A stretch of DNA of 64,000 bases from a bacterium (GTDB taxonomy: Bacteria; Bacteroidota; Bacteroidia; Bacteroidales; UBA3663): NCBI GenBank assembly GCA_963624265.1, contig CAVFPF010000025.1, positions 2,075 to 66,074 of the forward strand, written 5' to 3'. Below are positions 1 through 9,871 of the stretch, in pieces (the stretch's first letter is position 1; the number at the start of each line of letters is the position of its first letter). The position numbers and the translations under genes were made by a program. The notes beneath the pieces were generated by a model, which saw only the letters and a program-made list of their open reading frames with translations, was not told the DNA's origin and searched no databases.

Positions 1-1
1 C

Positions 2-469
2 GACGGAACGGAGATAACGGGGAAAAGTATAGGCGTGGACAACTGCTATATGTCGATGACATTGGGAGGATATGACGAGGCGGATTCGGCTTACCAGATG
101 TCGTATGACATCGACTCGAAATACCAGCTCGTGCTGCCCATCTGCGGAGGTACGGCACATGGATTCCTGAGATACAACAGGGAGCACCCGGAGTCGTTCT
201 ACACCCTGGGCGTAGACGTCGACATGCAGCAATTCGCATCGCGCGTGCCGTTCTCTATTGTGAAGCACATCGACGATGCCGTGGCCGACTGGATTACCCG
301 ATGGGCCAACGGCGATTCGATAGAGAAACACGTTGACCTCGGACTCTCGTCGAATTACATCGAACTGAAGGTGGCCGACAACTACAAGCCCGTGATAGGC
401 ACTGCCGTCGAGGATTTGTATCAGACTGCAATAGAAAAGGAAGAGGAGTATGAAAACAGGAACAGGTAA
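2..469 (+). CDS. C-terminal part of a Bmp/PnrA-like substrate-binding lipoprotein; the 5' end lies upstream of the window
   Basis: The frame is open from base 2 to the stop at 467-469; the listed ORF 35..469 is only the first in-frame Met. The block YTLGVDVDM...SIVKHIDDAV resembles the GVDsDQ...K.vD.av block of Bmp-family proteins, recalled from memory. The stop overlaps the next gene start by 20 nt. Confidence 0.45.
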   Translation, partial: DGTEITGKSIGVDNCYMSMTLGGYDEADSAYQMSYDIDSKYQLVLPICGGTAHGFLRYNREHPESFYTLGVDVDMQQFASRVPFSIVKHIDDAVADWITRWANGDSIEKHVDLGLSSNYIELKVADNYKPVIGTAVEDLYQTAIEKEEEYENRNR

Positions 470-2663
470 ATGCCGATGGGCAACGATGCTCGCGTCGCTG
501 CTGTTGCTGCTGTCAGGCCTCGCAAGCGCCTGCAGGCAGGAGGAGGACGTCGTCGTGCATGTGACGAACGTGAAAACGGAGTACTACAAGATAGCCGTGA
601 TACTGCCGCTCGACGAGAACGGAGAATTCAAGGGCAGGCTTGACAGCACCGTGAACTGGGCACTGCAGAACCTGCGCTCGGCTCAGAACCTCCTCATCAA
701 CCAAGGCGATTCGACCGCCGTGGACCTCATTATCGAATGGTATGACGAAGACAAGTCGGACCTCGACATGCTGGCTAACGACCTGTCGCGGCGTGATGAC
801 ATCCTGCTTATCGTGGGCCCGCTGAGAAACAACAATGTGGACATTTTTGCCAAGGCCTGCCGCTCCGCTAACAAACCGCTGATTGTGCCTTATGCCACGA
901 GCGAAAACATCATACGCCGCTACTCGGTGGGCACTGCCGGCGTGAAGAGCCAAACCCCATTCCTGTGGTCGCTCTGCGAAACTGATGTAAGCCAGTGCGA
1001 GGCGCTTATGGCAAAGGCCTGGGAGGGCGGTGCAAAAAACATATCGCTATTATCGCCCAGCGACGACTATGGCCGGACTTTCTTCGACTGGATACCGTTT
1101 CAGGCAAACGAGATGGGCATGAAGCTGTCGCTCAACGCGCAATATTCTGACGGCAACCTGGCGCAGGCAGCCAAAATCGTGCTCGGCAGCGGTGTCGACT
1201 GCGCCATCTGTGCCGTGAGGACGGCCGAGGAGGCAAAAGTGGTGCTCGAAGCGAGAAAGCAACTGGGCGAGAAAGCCCCCCGTGTGCTGTTTTCCAATGG
1301 GGCGCTGTCGGCCGCTTTGCTGAATTATGGCGACCTGTCGGAAGGCGCCGAGGGTGTGGCTCCGTATGCCGACCCCGCCACGGGCTTCAAGGTGGCGTAT
1401 GAGGAACATTTCGGCGTGTCGCCCGCCGGCGCAGAGGCGCAAGTCTATGACGCCATTCTTCTGGCCGGATTTACGGCATTCGTCAAAGACTACTTTCACG
1501 GAGAGAAGGACACCAACGAAATTATCCGCCTGATGACATCGAAGGGTGAAGAGGTTTATTCCGTATGGAACGAACTGGGACTCCACTCCCTCATATTCCT
1601 GCTCAAGAACGGCATCTTCGTCAAACTGATGGGCGCAAGCGGACTGCTGCGTTTCGACAGCGAGGCTTACACCAGCCTTCTGCAGAGCACTTACGTGCAC
1701 TGGGTCGTGTACGACAACAACATCCTGCCAATCGACTACCGGAGCAGCGACGGCAACAACCGCGTCACGCCGACCCTGGCCTCGTGGAACTGGCAAGCGA
1801 AAAACCGACAGACCATCGAGGACCAGAATGTGGACATCGAATACAAGCCGATGAAGGACCAATGGGCCGTGCTGGTGCAGGGTTCGACGGGATGGAGAAA
1901 CTACCGCCACCAGGCAGACGTGCTTAATGTGTACCAACTGCTGAAGAGCAAGGGCTGGGACGACGAGCACATCATACTGATTCTGTCGGACGACATCGCA
2001 AATCACGCCAACAACAAATATCCGGGCGAGGTAAAAGCATACGGCGACGGCGACAACCTCTATCACGACCTGCAGGTCGATTACGACACCGACACCCTCA
2101 GCGTGACGGACATCAGCGACATCTTCCTCGGCAGGCAGAGCCAACACCTGCCGGTCGTGTTGCCGACGAACGACGAATCGAACATCCTGTTCTTCTGGAG
2201 CGGCCACGGCTGTCTGAAGGACAACGGATATAGCAGCAACGGCTTCCTGTGGCGGCACGAAAACCAACCCTTCGGCGTGGAGATGTTAAGGCAGATGCTC
2301 GTGCAGATGCACGACGAGCAGAGATACCGCAAGATGCTGTTCCTCTTCGAGCCCTGCTATTCGGAGAACATGATAGAACAGACCGTGGACTTGCCGGGCA
2401 TCTTGAGTTTCGCAAGTGCAAGCGGCAACGAGCAGTCGTTTGCCGACTACCATTCGTCGACGCTCTCCACCTGGATGAGCGACCGATTCTCGAACAACGT
2501 GGTCAAACAGATGACGGAGAATACGAACCAAACCTATAGGGACTTCTTCCTTTACCTGGCAGAGCACACGCTGGGGTCGCATGTGCACGTGGCCAACGCG
2601 TCGAACTTCGGCAACCTCTACACCAACACGCCATCGGAATTTTTCGACTTACTCAACCGTTGA
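450..2663 (+). CDS. Lipoprotein with an N-terminal type-1 periplasmic-binding-protein-like domain fused to a C-terminal legumain-like C13 cysteine peptidase
   Basis: ATG start and lipobox [12 protein letters not shown]. Residues ~45-440 are PBP1-like ([16 protein letters not shown]). Residues 471-737 begin [20 protein letters not shown] and retain SGHG (His586) and EPCYSE (Cys636), which are the C13 hallmark motifs. Confidence 0.8.
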   Translation: [737 protein letters not shown]

Positions 2664-2670
2664 TTTGATT

Positions 2671-3000
2671 ATGACTCAATTCGGACAGCCACTCAGGCTT
2701 ATGCCGCACCTAAGGATGCGGCTGGCTGCGGGGTGCTTGGGCGGCCTCTTTGCCGCATGTGGTGTGTATGGGGAAAGGGAGGCGCAGCCCGAGCCGTATT
2801 CGCCCATAGAAGGCGACAGCGTCGATGTCGTCATCGTGAGAGGCAAACAGACTACCGTGAAAGAGGCCCTCGACGAAGCGATGAAAGAGTGCGCCGACGA
2901 CAGCCTGCTCCTTGACCTGCGCAAGGACATTGAAGAGAAATACCGACAGGCGGGCGACTCTATGCTAAGACGGCTCACGAAAGGCGAAAACGTGCACTGA
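2671..3000 (+). CDS. Small hypothetical lipoprotein (109 aa)
   Basis: Internal ATG at 2671, 8 nt after the upstream stop. The longer 2581 start would overlap the preceding gene by 83 nt. Lipobox GGLFAAC. Its stop lies 2 nt before the next start. Confidence 0.5.
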   Translation: MTQFGQPLRLMPHLRMRLAAGCLGGLFAACGVYGEREAQPEPYSPIEGDSVDVVIVRGKQTTVKEALDEAMKECADDSLLLDLRKDIEEKYRQAGDSMLRRLTKGENVH

Positions 3001-3001
3001 G

Positions 3002-4414
3002 ATGAAGAAACAGAATATCGTTCAACTATTTAATTATAATTATTTTAATATGGGAAAAACAAGAAAGTTTTTGTACATGGTGCTTGTAGCACTGGTGTGT
3101 TGCCCATCTTTTTTTGCCTGTGACGAAGACGACGACAACGGTCAAGGCAAGAAGAACTGGAGAGATGAAGTCATAATCGGCGACAGCATGATTATCTCCG
3201 CCAAGGAAATGTGTGACCTGATATTCGGCCCCGACGGCGGCAATGCCGACGAGAACAACGCCGAACTTCGGGAGGCATTCCTGAACAACATCAAAGAGAA
3301 GGAAGACTCTTTGGCCGCAGTTCTTGGCGCAAATGGTCTCTATATGGGTTTTGAGACTTGGGAGTACTACTACTGGAGCACAGACCAGTATGGCAAAGAC
3401 GTCCTGTTGTCCAGCATTGTGTCATGGGCCAAATACTGGTGGTTCGGCTGGAACGACCTCGACCCGAACAACATCTATCTCGTTGAGCACTACACCATTT
3501 TGAGCGACGACGAGCGCCCGACCAACAGTTACTCAAAGGAGCAAGTCGCTCTCGGCGACAATCTGCTGATTATGCCTGACTACATCGGTTATGGCAATAC
3601 GAAAGACATGCTGCATCCTTACCTGAACCACGACGTGTGCGCACTCAACTCAGTCGATGCCCTGGCCGGCGGTTATAAAGTGTTTGAGGAAGAGAAAGAC
3701 AAGGACGCCAAAATGGAGGACGACTGGAAAATGTACGTGACCGGCTGCTCGCAGGGCGGTGGCAACGCACTGGCTGTCCACAAGTATCTTGACACCCATC
3801 CGGAATTTGCCTACAAGTGGCGTTTCGACTATTCATACTGCTGCGCAGGCCCTTACAGCCCTCGCAAGACGATGGACTATTATTATTCAACCGACGAACT
3901 CGCTTACCCTGTCATCATTCCTGTCGTCATCAAGTCGATGTTTGACAGCTATCCCGACATCATGGGCAAAAACTGGAAGGAAGAAGATTTCTATAACGAC
4001 AACTATCTTGCCATCAAGGGCGATATGGACCGGCTCCTTGCTGCCAAAGAAACAGCATCGAAGGCTCTCATCGACTCGATGAAGACCATGTTGGGTAAGG
4101 CGATGGGTCTTGAAGGGAAGAAGGAGAAGATTTCTGTAAAAGACATTTTGAGCGACTCTGCCCTATGCCAGACTTCGGCAATGACGCAGGCCCTGTACGT
4201 CTGCCTGGACAAGAACGACCTGACCAAGGGATGGACTCCCTCTCACAGGATTGAGCTCTACCACAGCCAGGAGGATGATATCGTGCCTTACTCAAACGCA
4301 CAGGCCGTAATCGACGCTTTCGGCGACAAAGTCAGCATGTACCGCAGCTATGAGGCCGGACATATTGCTACCTGCCTCAAATGGATGGGTTCGCTGCTGG
4401 TCAACAAGTGGTAA
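3002..4414 (+). CDS. Alpha/beta-hydrolase (lipase/esterase-like) lipoprotein
   Basis: Lipobox PSFFAC. Nucleophile elbow G-C-S-Q-G in YVTGCSQGGGNALA. Candidate acid (SQEDDIVPY) and His (EAGHIATC) lie near the C-terminus. An alternative start at 3050 (MGKTRKF) is equally plausible. Confidence 0.65.
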   Translation: MKKQNIVQLFNYNYFNMGKTRKFLYMVLVALVCCPSFFACDEDDDNGQGKKNWRDEVIIGDSMIISAKEMCDLIFGPDGGNADENNAELREAFLNNIKEKEDSLAAVLGANGLYMGFETWEYYYWSTDQYGKDVLLSSIVSWAKYWWFGWNDLDPNNIYLVEHYTILSDDERPTNSYSKEQVALGDNLLIMPDYIGYGNTKDMLHPYLNHDVCALNSVDALAGGYKVFEEEKDKDAKMEDDWKMYVTGCSQGGGNALAVHKYLDTHPEFAYKWRFDYSYCCAGPYSPRKTMDYYYSTDELAYPVIIPVVIKSMFDSYPDIMGKNWKEEDFYNDNYLAIKGDMDRLLAAKETASKALIDSMKTMLGKAMGLEGKKEKISVKDILSDSALCQTSAMTQALYVCLDKNDLTKGWTPSHRIELYHSQEDDIVPYSNAQAVIDAFGDKVSMYRSYEAGHIATCLKWMGSLLVNKW

Positions 4415-4522
4415 TTAGGGCGGCCACAACTGTGTGACCGAACCGACATCATAAGTGATGCCCATATACTTCGGACTTCAGACATCTGCGTCAGTCCTGG
4501 TATTGGTATAATCAATGAAAAA

Positions 4523-4559
4523 GCCCATATACAAGGACTTTAGTCCGAAGTATATGGGC
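4523..4559. terminator. Bidirectional intrinsic terminator between the hydrolase gene and tyrS
   Basis: Hairpin GCCCATATAC..GGACT tt AGTCC..GTATATGGGC. It is followed by ATTCTTTTT on the + strand and by TTTTTCATT on the - strand. Confidence 0.7.
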
Positions 4560-4653
4560 ATTCTTTTTGCCTTATTTATTTTGGCGTCCGGCCGGAGAAG
4601 TCAGCCCCTCATCGGGCTGCAGGTTTCCTGACCATGGGCGCAAAGCCTGCGGC

Positions 4654-5976
4654 TCAGGCTACCGTGATCAGGAAGTAGTTTTTCTTGCCTTTCTGCAGCA
4701 CGATGTACTTGCCTTGCAGCAAATCTGCGTCGGTAATCGGCTGGTCGAAGGCCGAGAGCTTCTGCTTGTTGACCGACACGCCGCCACCCTGCACGAGCTT
4801 GCGCATCTCGCTGTTGGAAGCGAAGATGGTCTGGACAGCCTGGTCTGCACTGGAAGGCTTGGCATCGGCACAAAGCTGCACGGCTGTCATGCCACCGGCA
4901 AACTGGTCACGGCTGATGACGAACGTCGGGACAGACTCGAAAATCTGCAGCAGCGTGGTCTCGTCGAACGACCGGAGCGCATCGGCACCGCCATTGGAGA
5001 AGAGCAGGTTGGAGGCCGACTCTGCAAGCTCGAAGTCCTTCTCGCTGTGCACCATGACGGTCAGCTCTTTGGCGAGGCGCTTTTGGAGCACACGACGCTC
5101 GGGAGCTGCATCCTGCTCCTGCTCCAGACTCTCGATTTCCTCGCGGCTCAGCGAAGTGAAAATGCGGATGTAGCGTTTGGCCTCTTCGTCGCCGACATTC
5201 AGCCAGAACTGGTAGAACTTATAGGGACTGGTGCGCTTGGGGTCAAGCCATACGTTGCCGCTCTCGGTCTTGCCGAATTTCTTGCCGTCGGCCTTTGTGA
5301 TAAGCGGGCAGGTGAGGGCAAAGGCTTCGTTGCCGGTCACCTTGCGAATCAGCTCCGTGCCCGTTGTGATGTTGCCCCACTGGTCGGCTCCGCCCAACTG
5401 GAGTTTGCAATTCTTGTGCTCGTTGAGGTAGAGGAAGTCATAGCCCTGGAGCAACTGATAAGAGAATTCGGTGAACGACATGCCATCAGCTCCGTTCTCG
5501 CCGGTGAAGCGGCGCTTGACAGAGTCCTTCGACATCATGTAGTTGACAGTGATGAGTTTGCCGATATTGCGGATGAAATCGAGGAAAGTGAAGTCCTTCA
5601 TCCAGTCGTAGTTGTTGACCAACTCGGCACGGTTGGGAGCATCGCTGTCAAAATCAAGGAATTTGGCCAGCTGCTTGCGGATGCACTCCTGGTTGTGGCG
5701 AAGCAGGGGTTCGTCGATAAACACACGCTCCTTCGACTTGCCGGAAGGGTCACCAATCATGCCGGTAGCACCTCCGATGAGGGCATACGGCTTGTGTCCG
5801 CAACGCTGGAAGTGGCGAAGCATCATGACGCCGACCAGATGTCCGATGTGGAGTGAGTCGGCTGTAGGATCAATACCCAGATAGGCTGCAGTCATTTCTT
5901 TCTGCAGTTGTTCCTCAGTGCCCGGCATCATATCCTGAATCATGCCGCGCCATTTTAGTTCTTGTACAAAGTTCAT
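4654..5976 (-). CDS. tyrS: Tyrosine--tRNA ligase
   Basis: HIGH motif (SLHIGHLVG), KMSKS-type KFGKTE, and a C-terminal S4-like tail. I chose the start at [11 protein letters not shown] (ATG 5976) rather than the 28-codon extension to 6060, which overlaps fcl. Confidence 0.93.
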   Translation of the reverse strand: MNFVQELKWRGMIQDMMPGTEEQLQKEMTAAYLGIDPTADSLHIGHLVGVMMLRHFQRCGHKPYALIGGATGMIGDPSGKSKERVFIDEPLLRHNQECIRKQLAKFLDFDSDAPNRAELVNNYDWMKDFTFLDFIRNIGKLITVNYMMSKDSVKRRFTGENGADGMSFTEFSYQLLQGYDFLYLNEHKNCKLQLGGADQWGNITTGTELIRKVTGNEAFALTCPLITKADGKKFGKTESGNVWLDPKRTSPYKFYQFWLNVGDEEAKRYIRIFTSLSREEIESLEQEQDAAPERRVLQKRLAKELTVMVHSEKDFELAESASNLLFSNGGADALRSFDETTLLQIFESVPTFVISRDQFAGGMTAVQLCADAKPSSADQAVQTIFASNSEMRKLVQGGGVSVNKQKLSAFDQPITDADLLQGKYIVLQKGKKNYFLITVA

Positions 5977-6020
5977 CGAATGATTTAAGTTTATAATATA
6001 ATGGTTCGTTAACGCTTGTT

Positions 6021-7160
6021 TTAGTCCTTGTGATTGATGCAGATGCCCTCCTGATACCACGAGTAGAGCCGGTGTATGCCCTCGTCAATCTCGATGGTAT
6101 GGTGCCAACCCAGGCTGTGCAACTTGCTGACGTCGGTCAGCTTGAGCATCGTGCCGTCGGGTTTCGAGCGGTCCCAACGCAGACTGCCCTTAAAGCCGAC
6201 TTCGGCTACAATCTTCTCGGCACACTCACGGATGGAGAGTTGCTTGCCCGTACCTACGTTGATGTGGCAGTTGCGTATCTCGCGGATGCCGTCGTGGTTG
6301 ACGACAAAGTCGCTCTTGTCGAGAATGTCCTGCCAGTCGACATTGAGCAGGCAGTGTACCGAGGCGTCGGCCATCTCCTCGCTCCAGAGAAATTCGCGCA
6401 TAGGAGCACCCGTGCCCCACAGGGTGACGGCTTCGGCTGAAATGCCGTAAGAGCCCAGGACCTTCAGGATGTCGGCTTCAGACGACTGTCCGTCAACGCG
6501 AAGGTCTGTTCCCTTCATGGTGACGGGACGGAGGGAAATGTCTTTGCGGACAGCCTCCCAGTTGCCTTCGTTCAGGCACTTGGCCAGGTGAATCTTGCGT
6601 ATCATGGCCGGCAGCACGTGGCTGTTCTCAAGATGGAAGTTGTCGTTCGGCCCATACAGGTTGGTGGGCATCACGGCGATGTAGTTGGTGCCGTACTGCA
6701 GGTTGAAGCTTTCGGTCAGCTTGATGCCGGCTATCTTGGCGATGGCATACGGCTCGTTGGTGTACTCAAGCGAAGAGGTGAGCAAGCAATCTTCCGGCAT
6801 GGGTTGCGGAGCCTCGCCGGGATAGATGCAGGTCGAGCCGAGAAACAGGAGTTTCTGCACCTTGTGTTTCCAAGCCTCACCGATGACATTCTGCTGAATC
6901 TGGAGGTTGCGGTAGATGAAGTCTGCCCGATACTGCAGGTTGGCCATAATGCCACCCACGAAGGCAGCAGCAAGAACCACCGCGTCGGGCTGCTCTTCGT
7001 CGAAGAATTTCTTTACGGCAATGGGGTCGAGCAGGTCGAGTTCCTTATGACTGCGGCCTACGAGATTGTGGTAGCCTCGCGCTTGCAGATTGTTCCAAAT
7101 GGCGCTGCCCACCAACCCATGGTGACCGGCTACATAGATTTTGGCGTCTTTACTCAGCAT
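6021..7160 (-). CDS. fcl: GDP-L-fucose synthase (GDP-4-keto-6-deoxymannose 3,5-epimerase/4-reductase)
   Basis: N-terminal Rossmann motif [14 protein letters not shown], then YAIAK and [10 protein letters not shown] blocks. It lies directly downstream of gmd. Confidence 0.9.
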   Translation of the reverse strand: MLSKDAKIYVAGHHGLVGSAIWNNLQARGYHNLVGRSHKELDLLDPIAVKKFFDEEQPDAVVLAAAFVGGIMANLQYRADFIYRNLQIQQNVIGEAWKHKVQKLLFLGSTCIYPGEAPQPMPEDCLLTSSLEYTNEPYAIAKIAGIKLTESFNLQYGTNYIAVMPTNLYGPNDNFHLENSHVLPAMIRKIHLAKCLNEGNWEAVRKDISLRPVTMKGTDLRVDGQSSEADILKVLGSYGISAEAVTLWGTGAPMREFLWSEEMADASVHCLLNVDWQDILDKSDFVVNHDGIREIRNCHINVGTGKQLSIRECAEKIVAEVGFKGSLRWDRSKPDGTMLKLTDVSKLHSLGWHHTIEIDEGIHRLYSWYQEGICINHKD

Positions 7161-7170
7161 AGCGGCAGGT

Positions 7171-8289
7171 TTATTTGACTACACCCTTTTCGAGATACTC
7201 GGCCAGGTTGGTGCGCACAAGGCTTGCCACATGGTCGGCGGCAACCTTCTGCATATCATGCTGGACCATAATGCTGACGAGCTGCTCGAAGCGCGTCTTC
7301 TGCGGGTCCCAGCCCAGTTCACGCTTGGCTTTCGACGGGTCGCCCCAGAGGTTCACCACATCGGTCGGACGGTAGAAATCGGGGCTGACAGCCACCAGGG
7401 TCTTCCCGACCAGTTCCTTCGGTCCGCTGACGCAGACTCCGGTTTCGTCCATGCCTTCTCCCTTGAACTCAAGCTCGATGCCGGCAGCCTTGAAAGCAGC
7501 ATAAGTAAACTCGCGGACGGAATGTTGCACGCCGGTGGCAATCACAAAGTCCTCCGGCTTGTCGTGTTGCAGGATAAGCCACATACACTCCACATAGTCC
7601 TTGGCGTAACCCCAGTCGCGCAGAGAAGAGAGGTTGCCGAGGTAGAGGCGCTCCTGCTTGCCCTGTGCGATACGGGCTGCGGCAAGCGTAATCTTGCGGG
7701 TCACGAAAGTCTCGCCGCGGCGCTCCGACTCGTGGTTGAACAGGATGCCCGAGCAGCAGAACATGTTGTAGGCCTCACGGTATTCCTTGACAATCCAGAA
7801 ACCGTAAAGCTTGGCAACGGCATAGGGGCTATAAGGGTGGAATGGCGTATTCTCGTTTTGCGGAACTTCTTCGACTTTGCCATAGAGCTCGGACGTAGAG
7901 GCCTGATAGATGCGGCAACTGTTTTCGAGATGGTTGGTGCGGACAGCCTCCAGCACACGCAAAACGCCGACAGCATCGACATCGGCCGTGAACTCAGGAG
8001 CATCGAACGAAACCTGCACGTGACTCTGTGCGGCAAGATTGTAAATCTCTGTAGGCTGAACCTGGCCCACTATCTTGACGAGCGACATCGAGTCGGACAT
8101 GTCGGCATAGTGCAGGTGGAAATGTGGCGTGCCCTCAAGGTGAGCGATACGTTCGCGGTAATCGACCGACGAACGGCGTATGATGCCGTGTACTTCGTAG
8201 CCTTTCTCGATGAGGAATTCCGAAAGGTAACTTCCGTCCTGACCTGTGACTCCGGTAATCAATGCGACTTTCTTGCTTGTAGAATCCAT
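7171..8289 (-). CDS. gmd: GDP-mannose 4,6-dehydratase
   Basis: [42 protein letters not shown] and [10 protein letters not shown] blocks are typical of Gmd. Confidence 0.93.
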   Translation of the reverse strand: MDSTSKKVALITGVTGQDGSYLSEFLIEKGYEVHGIIRRSSVDYRERIAHLEGTPHFHLHYADMSDSMSLVKIVGQVQPTEIYNLAAQSHVQVSFDAPEFTADVDAVGVLRVLEAVRTNHLENSCRIYQASTSELYGKVEEVPQNENTPFHPYSPYAVAKLYGFWIVKEYREAYNMFCCSGILFNHESERRGETFVTRKITLAAARIAQGKQERLYLGNLSSLRDWGYAKDYVECMWLILQHDKPEDFVIATGVQHSVREFTYAAFKAAGIELEFKGEGMDETGVCVSGPKELVGKTLVAVSPDFYRPTDVVNLWGDPSKAKRELGWDPQKTRFEQLVSIMVQHDMQKVAADHVASLVRTNLAEYLEKGVVK

Positions 8290-8347
8290 AAAAAAGAAGG
8301 TTTAATAAGAGTTATAAATTTGGTTTGTTATTGCCTTGATTATAGTA

Positions 8348-8397
8348 TTGTCGTTTTGCGTTATGAAAACTGTTTGTCGTTTGCGTATGAAAACTGT
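8348..8397. repeat. Direct tandem repeat (26 + 24 nt) upstream of gmd
   Basis: ttgtcgttttgcgttatgaaaactgt is immediately followed by ttgtcgtttgcgtatgaaaactgt. The repeat starts 59 bp upstream of the gmd ATG. Confidence 0.8.
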
Positions 8398-8440
8398 GAT
8401 TTTGTCATTAAAGACGAGTCAAGCGCAAAGATAACAAAAG

Positions 8441-8468
8441 CTCCGGAGAAAAAAGACTTTTCCCGGAG
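8441..8468 (-). terminator. Intrinsic terminator downstream of amtB
   Basis: CTCCGGAG..aaaaaagactttt..CCCGGAG stem with T/A runs on both sides. It lies about 100 nt after the amtB stop. Confidence 0.65.
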
Positions 8469-8565
8469 TTTTTTTTCATTCAGCAAATAAAAGCCTCGCA
8501 GCTTTGGCCAAATGACAATTTGCTGTTGCAATTTGGCAGACCGTCGTTCGGCCAAAGTCAACTTG

Positions 8566-9834
8566 TCAGTTGTAGGCCGTCTCGCCGTGCTCGTAGATGT
8601 CAAGACCTTCTTCCTCAACGCGCTTGTCAATACGCAGACCGTGGGTGTGCTTGATGGTCAGGAAGATAATCATACCGACTGCAAAGGCAAATGCAGCAAC
8701 GGCCACTGCGCCCAAAGTCTGCGTTCCGATACGACCCCAGATGCTGTCGCTTCCGCAGTCGACGCCGTCAATGGCAGGGTTGCAGAACACACCCGTCAGA
8801 AGAGTGCCGAGGAAACCGCCTACGCCGTGTACGCTGACAGCACCGACGGGATCGTCGACGTGACACTTCTTGTCGAGGAAGTTGACGGAGAAGCACATGG
8901 CAACCGAAACAACGACACCGATGACGGCCGAAGCCCAAATGTCGACACAGTCGCATCCGGCTGTAACACCGACCAAACCAGCCAGAATGCCGTTGCACAT
9001 CATGCTGAGAGACGGTTTGCCGTCGGCAATCCAGGTATAGGCAATGGCAGCCAAGCCGCCCGTCACGGCAGCCATATTGGTGGTGACGAATACGTGCGAC
9101 ATGCTGGTGGCGTTGTCATAACCTACAGCAGCTACTGTAGAACACGGGTTGAATCCGAACCAGCCCATCCACAAGCAGAAGACGCCAAGGCAGCAGAGCG
9201 TAAGCGAGTGACCCGGAATGGCCTTGCTCTTGCCGTTCTTGTCGTACTTGCCGATGCGGGGACCGAGCACGATGGCGCCGGCCAAGGCAAGACAGCCGCC
9301 GCAGAGGTGCACGACCGTAGAACCGGCAAAGTCATGGAATCCGAGTTCGGAGAGCCAGCCTCCGCCCCATGACCAGTGGCCCTCAAGCGGATAGACAATC
9401 AGCGAGACGAGGATAGAATAGACGAGGTACATAGAGAATTTTGTACGTTCGGCCATGGCTCCGGATACGATAGTGGCAGCCGTGGCGCAGAAAACCGTCT
9501 GGAAGATAAAGGTGGCTTCGGCAGGCACGTTGCTGTCTTCACCGATATAGAAGAAGCCGTCCCAACCGACAAAGCCGTTGCCCGAACCATACATGATTGA
9601 GAATCCGACAATCCAGAAGAGCACCGAACCGCACATGAAGTCGCAGAAGTTCTTCATCAAGATGTTGGCCGTGTTTTTGGCGCGCGTCATGCCGGCTTCG
9701 ACCAAAGAAAAGCCCGGTTGCATCCAAAAGACCAATATTGCACCCAACAACACCCACATGGTGTCTACACCGTTCACATAATCGACAGCCTTTTCCACTA
9801 CGGGAGCGACTGCAGTTGTATCTAACATAAACAT
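8566..9834 (-). CDS. amtB: Ammonium transporter
   Basis: About 11 hydrophobic segments. Amt signatures include LVFWMQPGFSLVEAGMTRAKN and VHGVGGFLGTLLTGVF. It is paired with a P-II gene. Confidence 0.93.
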   Translation of the reverse strand: MFMLDTTAVAPVVEKAVDYVNGVDTMWVLLGAILVFWMQPGFSLVEAGMTRAKNTANILMKNFCDFMCGSVLFWIVGFSIMYGSGNGFVGWDGFFYIGEDSNVPAEATFIFQTVFCATAATIVSGAMAERTKFSMYLVYSILVSLIVYPLEGHWSWGGGWLSELGFHDFAGSTVVHLCGGCLALAGAIVLGPRIGKYDKNGKSKAIPGHSLTLCCLGVFCLWMGWFGFNPCSTVAAVGYDNATSMSHVFVTTNMAAVTGGLAAIAYTWIADGKPSLSMMCNGILAGLVGVTAGCDCVDIWASAVIGVVVSVAMCFSVNFLDKKCHVDDPVGAVSVHGVGGFLGTLLTGVFCNPAIDGVDCGSDSIWGRIGTQTLGAVAVAAFAFAVGMIIFLTIKHTHGLRIDKRVEEEGLDIYEHGETAYN

Positions 9835-9871
9835 AACACAAAAGTCTTAATGGTTCTTTTTTTACATTATC

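Noticed and set aside
5977-6060. N-terminal extensions of listed ORFs: tyrS to 6060, GH2 to 36898, gpmI to 39751, GH31 to 62994, glgA-like from 11823, DUF4270-like from 12751, the regulator from 25467, and the fimbrillin gene to 48786.
   Set aside because: In every case an internal ATG yields the canonical family N-terminus or a proper signal peptide or lipobox. The extension overlaps a neighbouring gene or runs through obvious promoter or repeat DNA.
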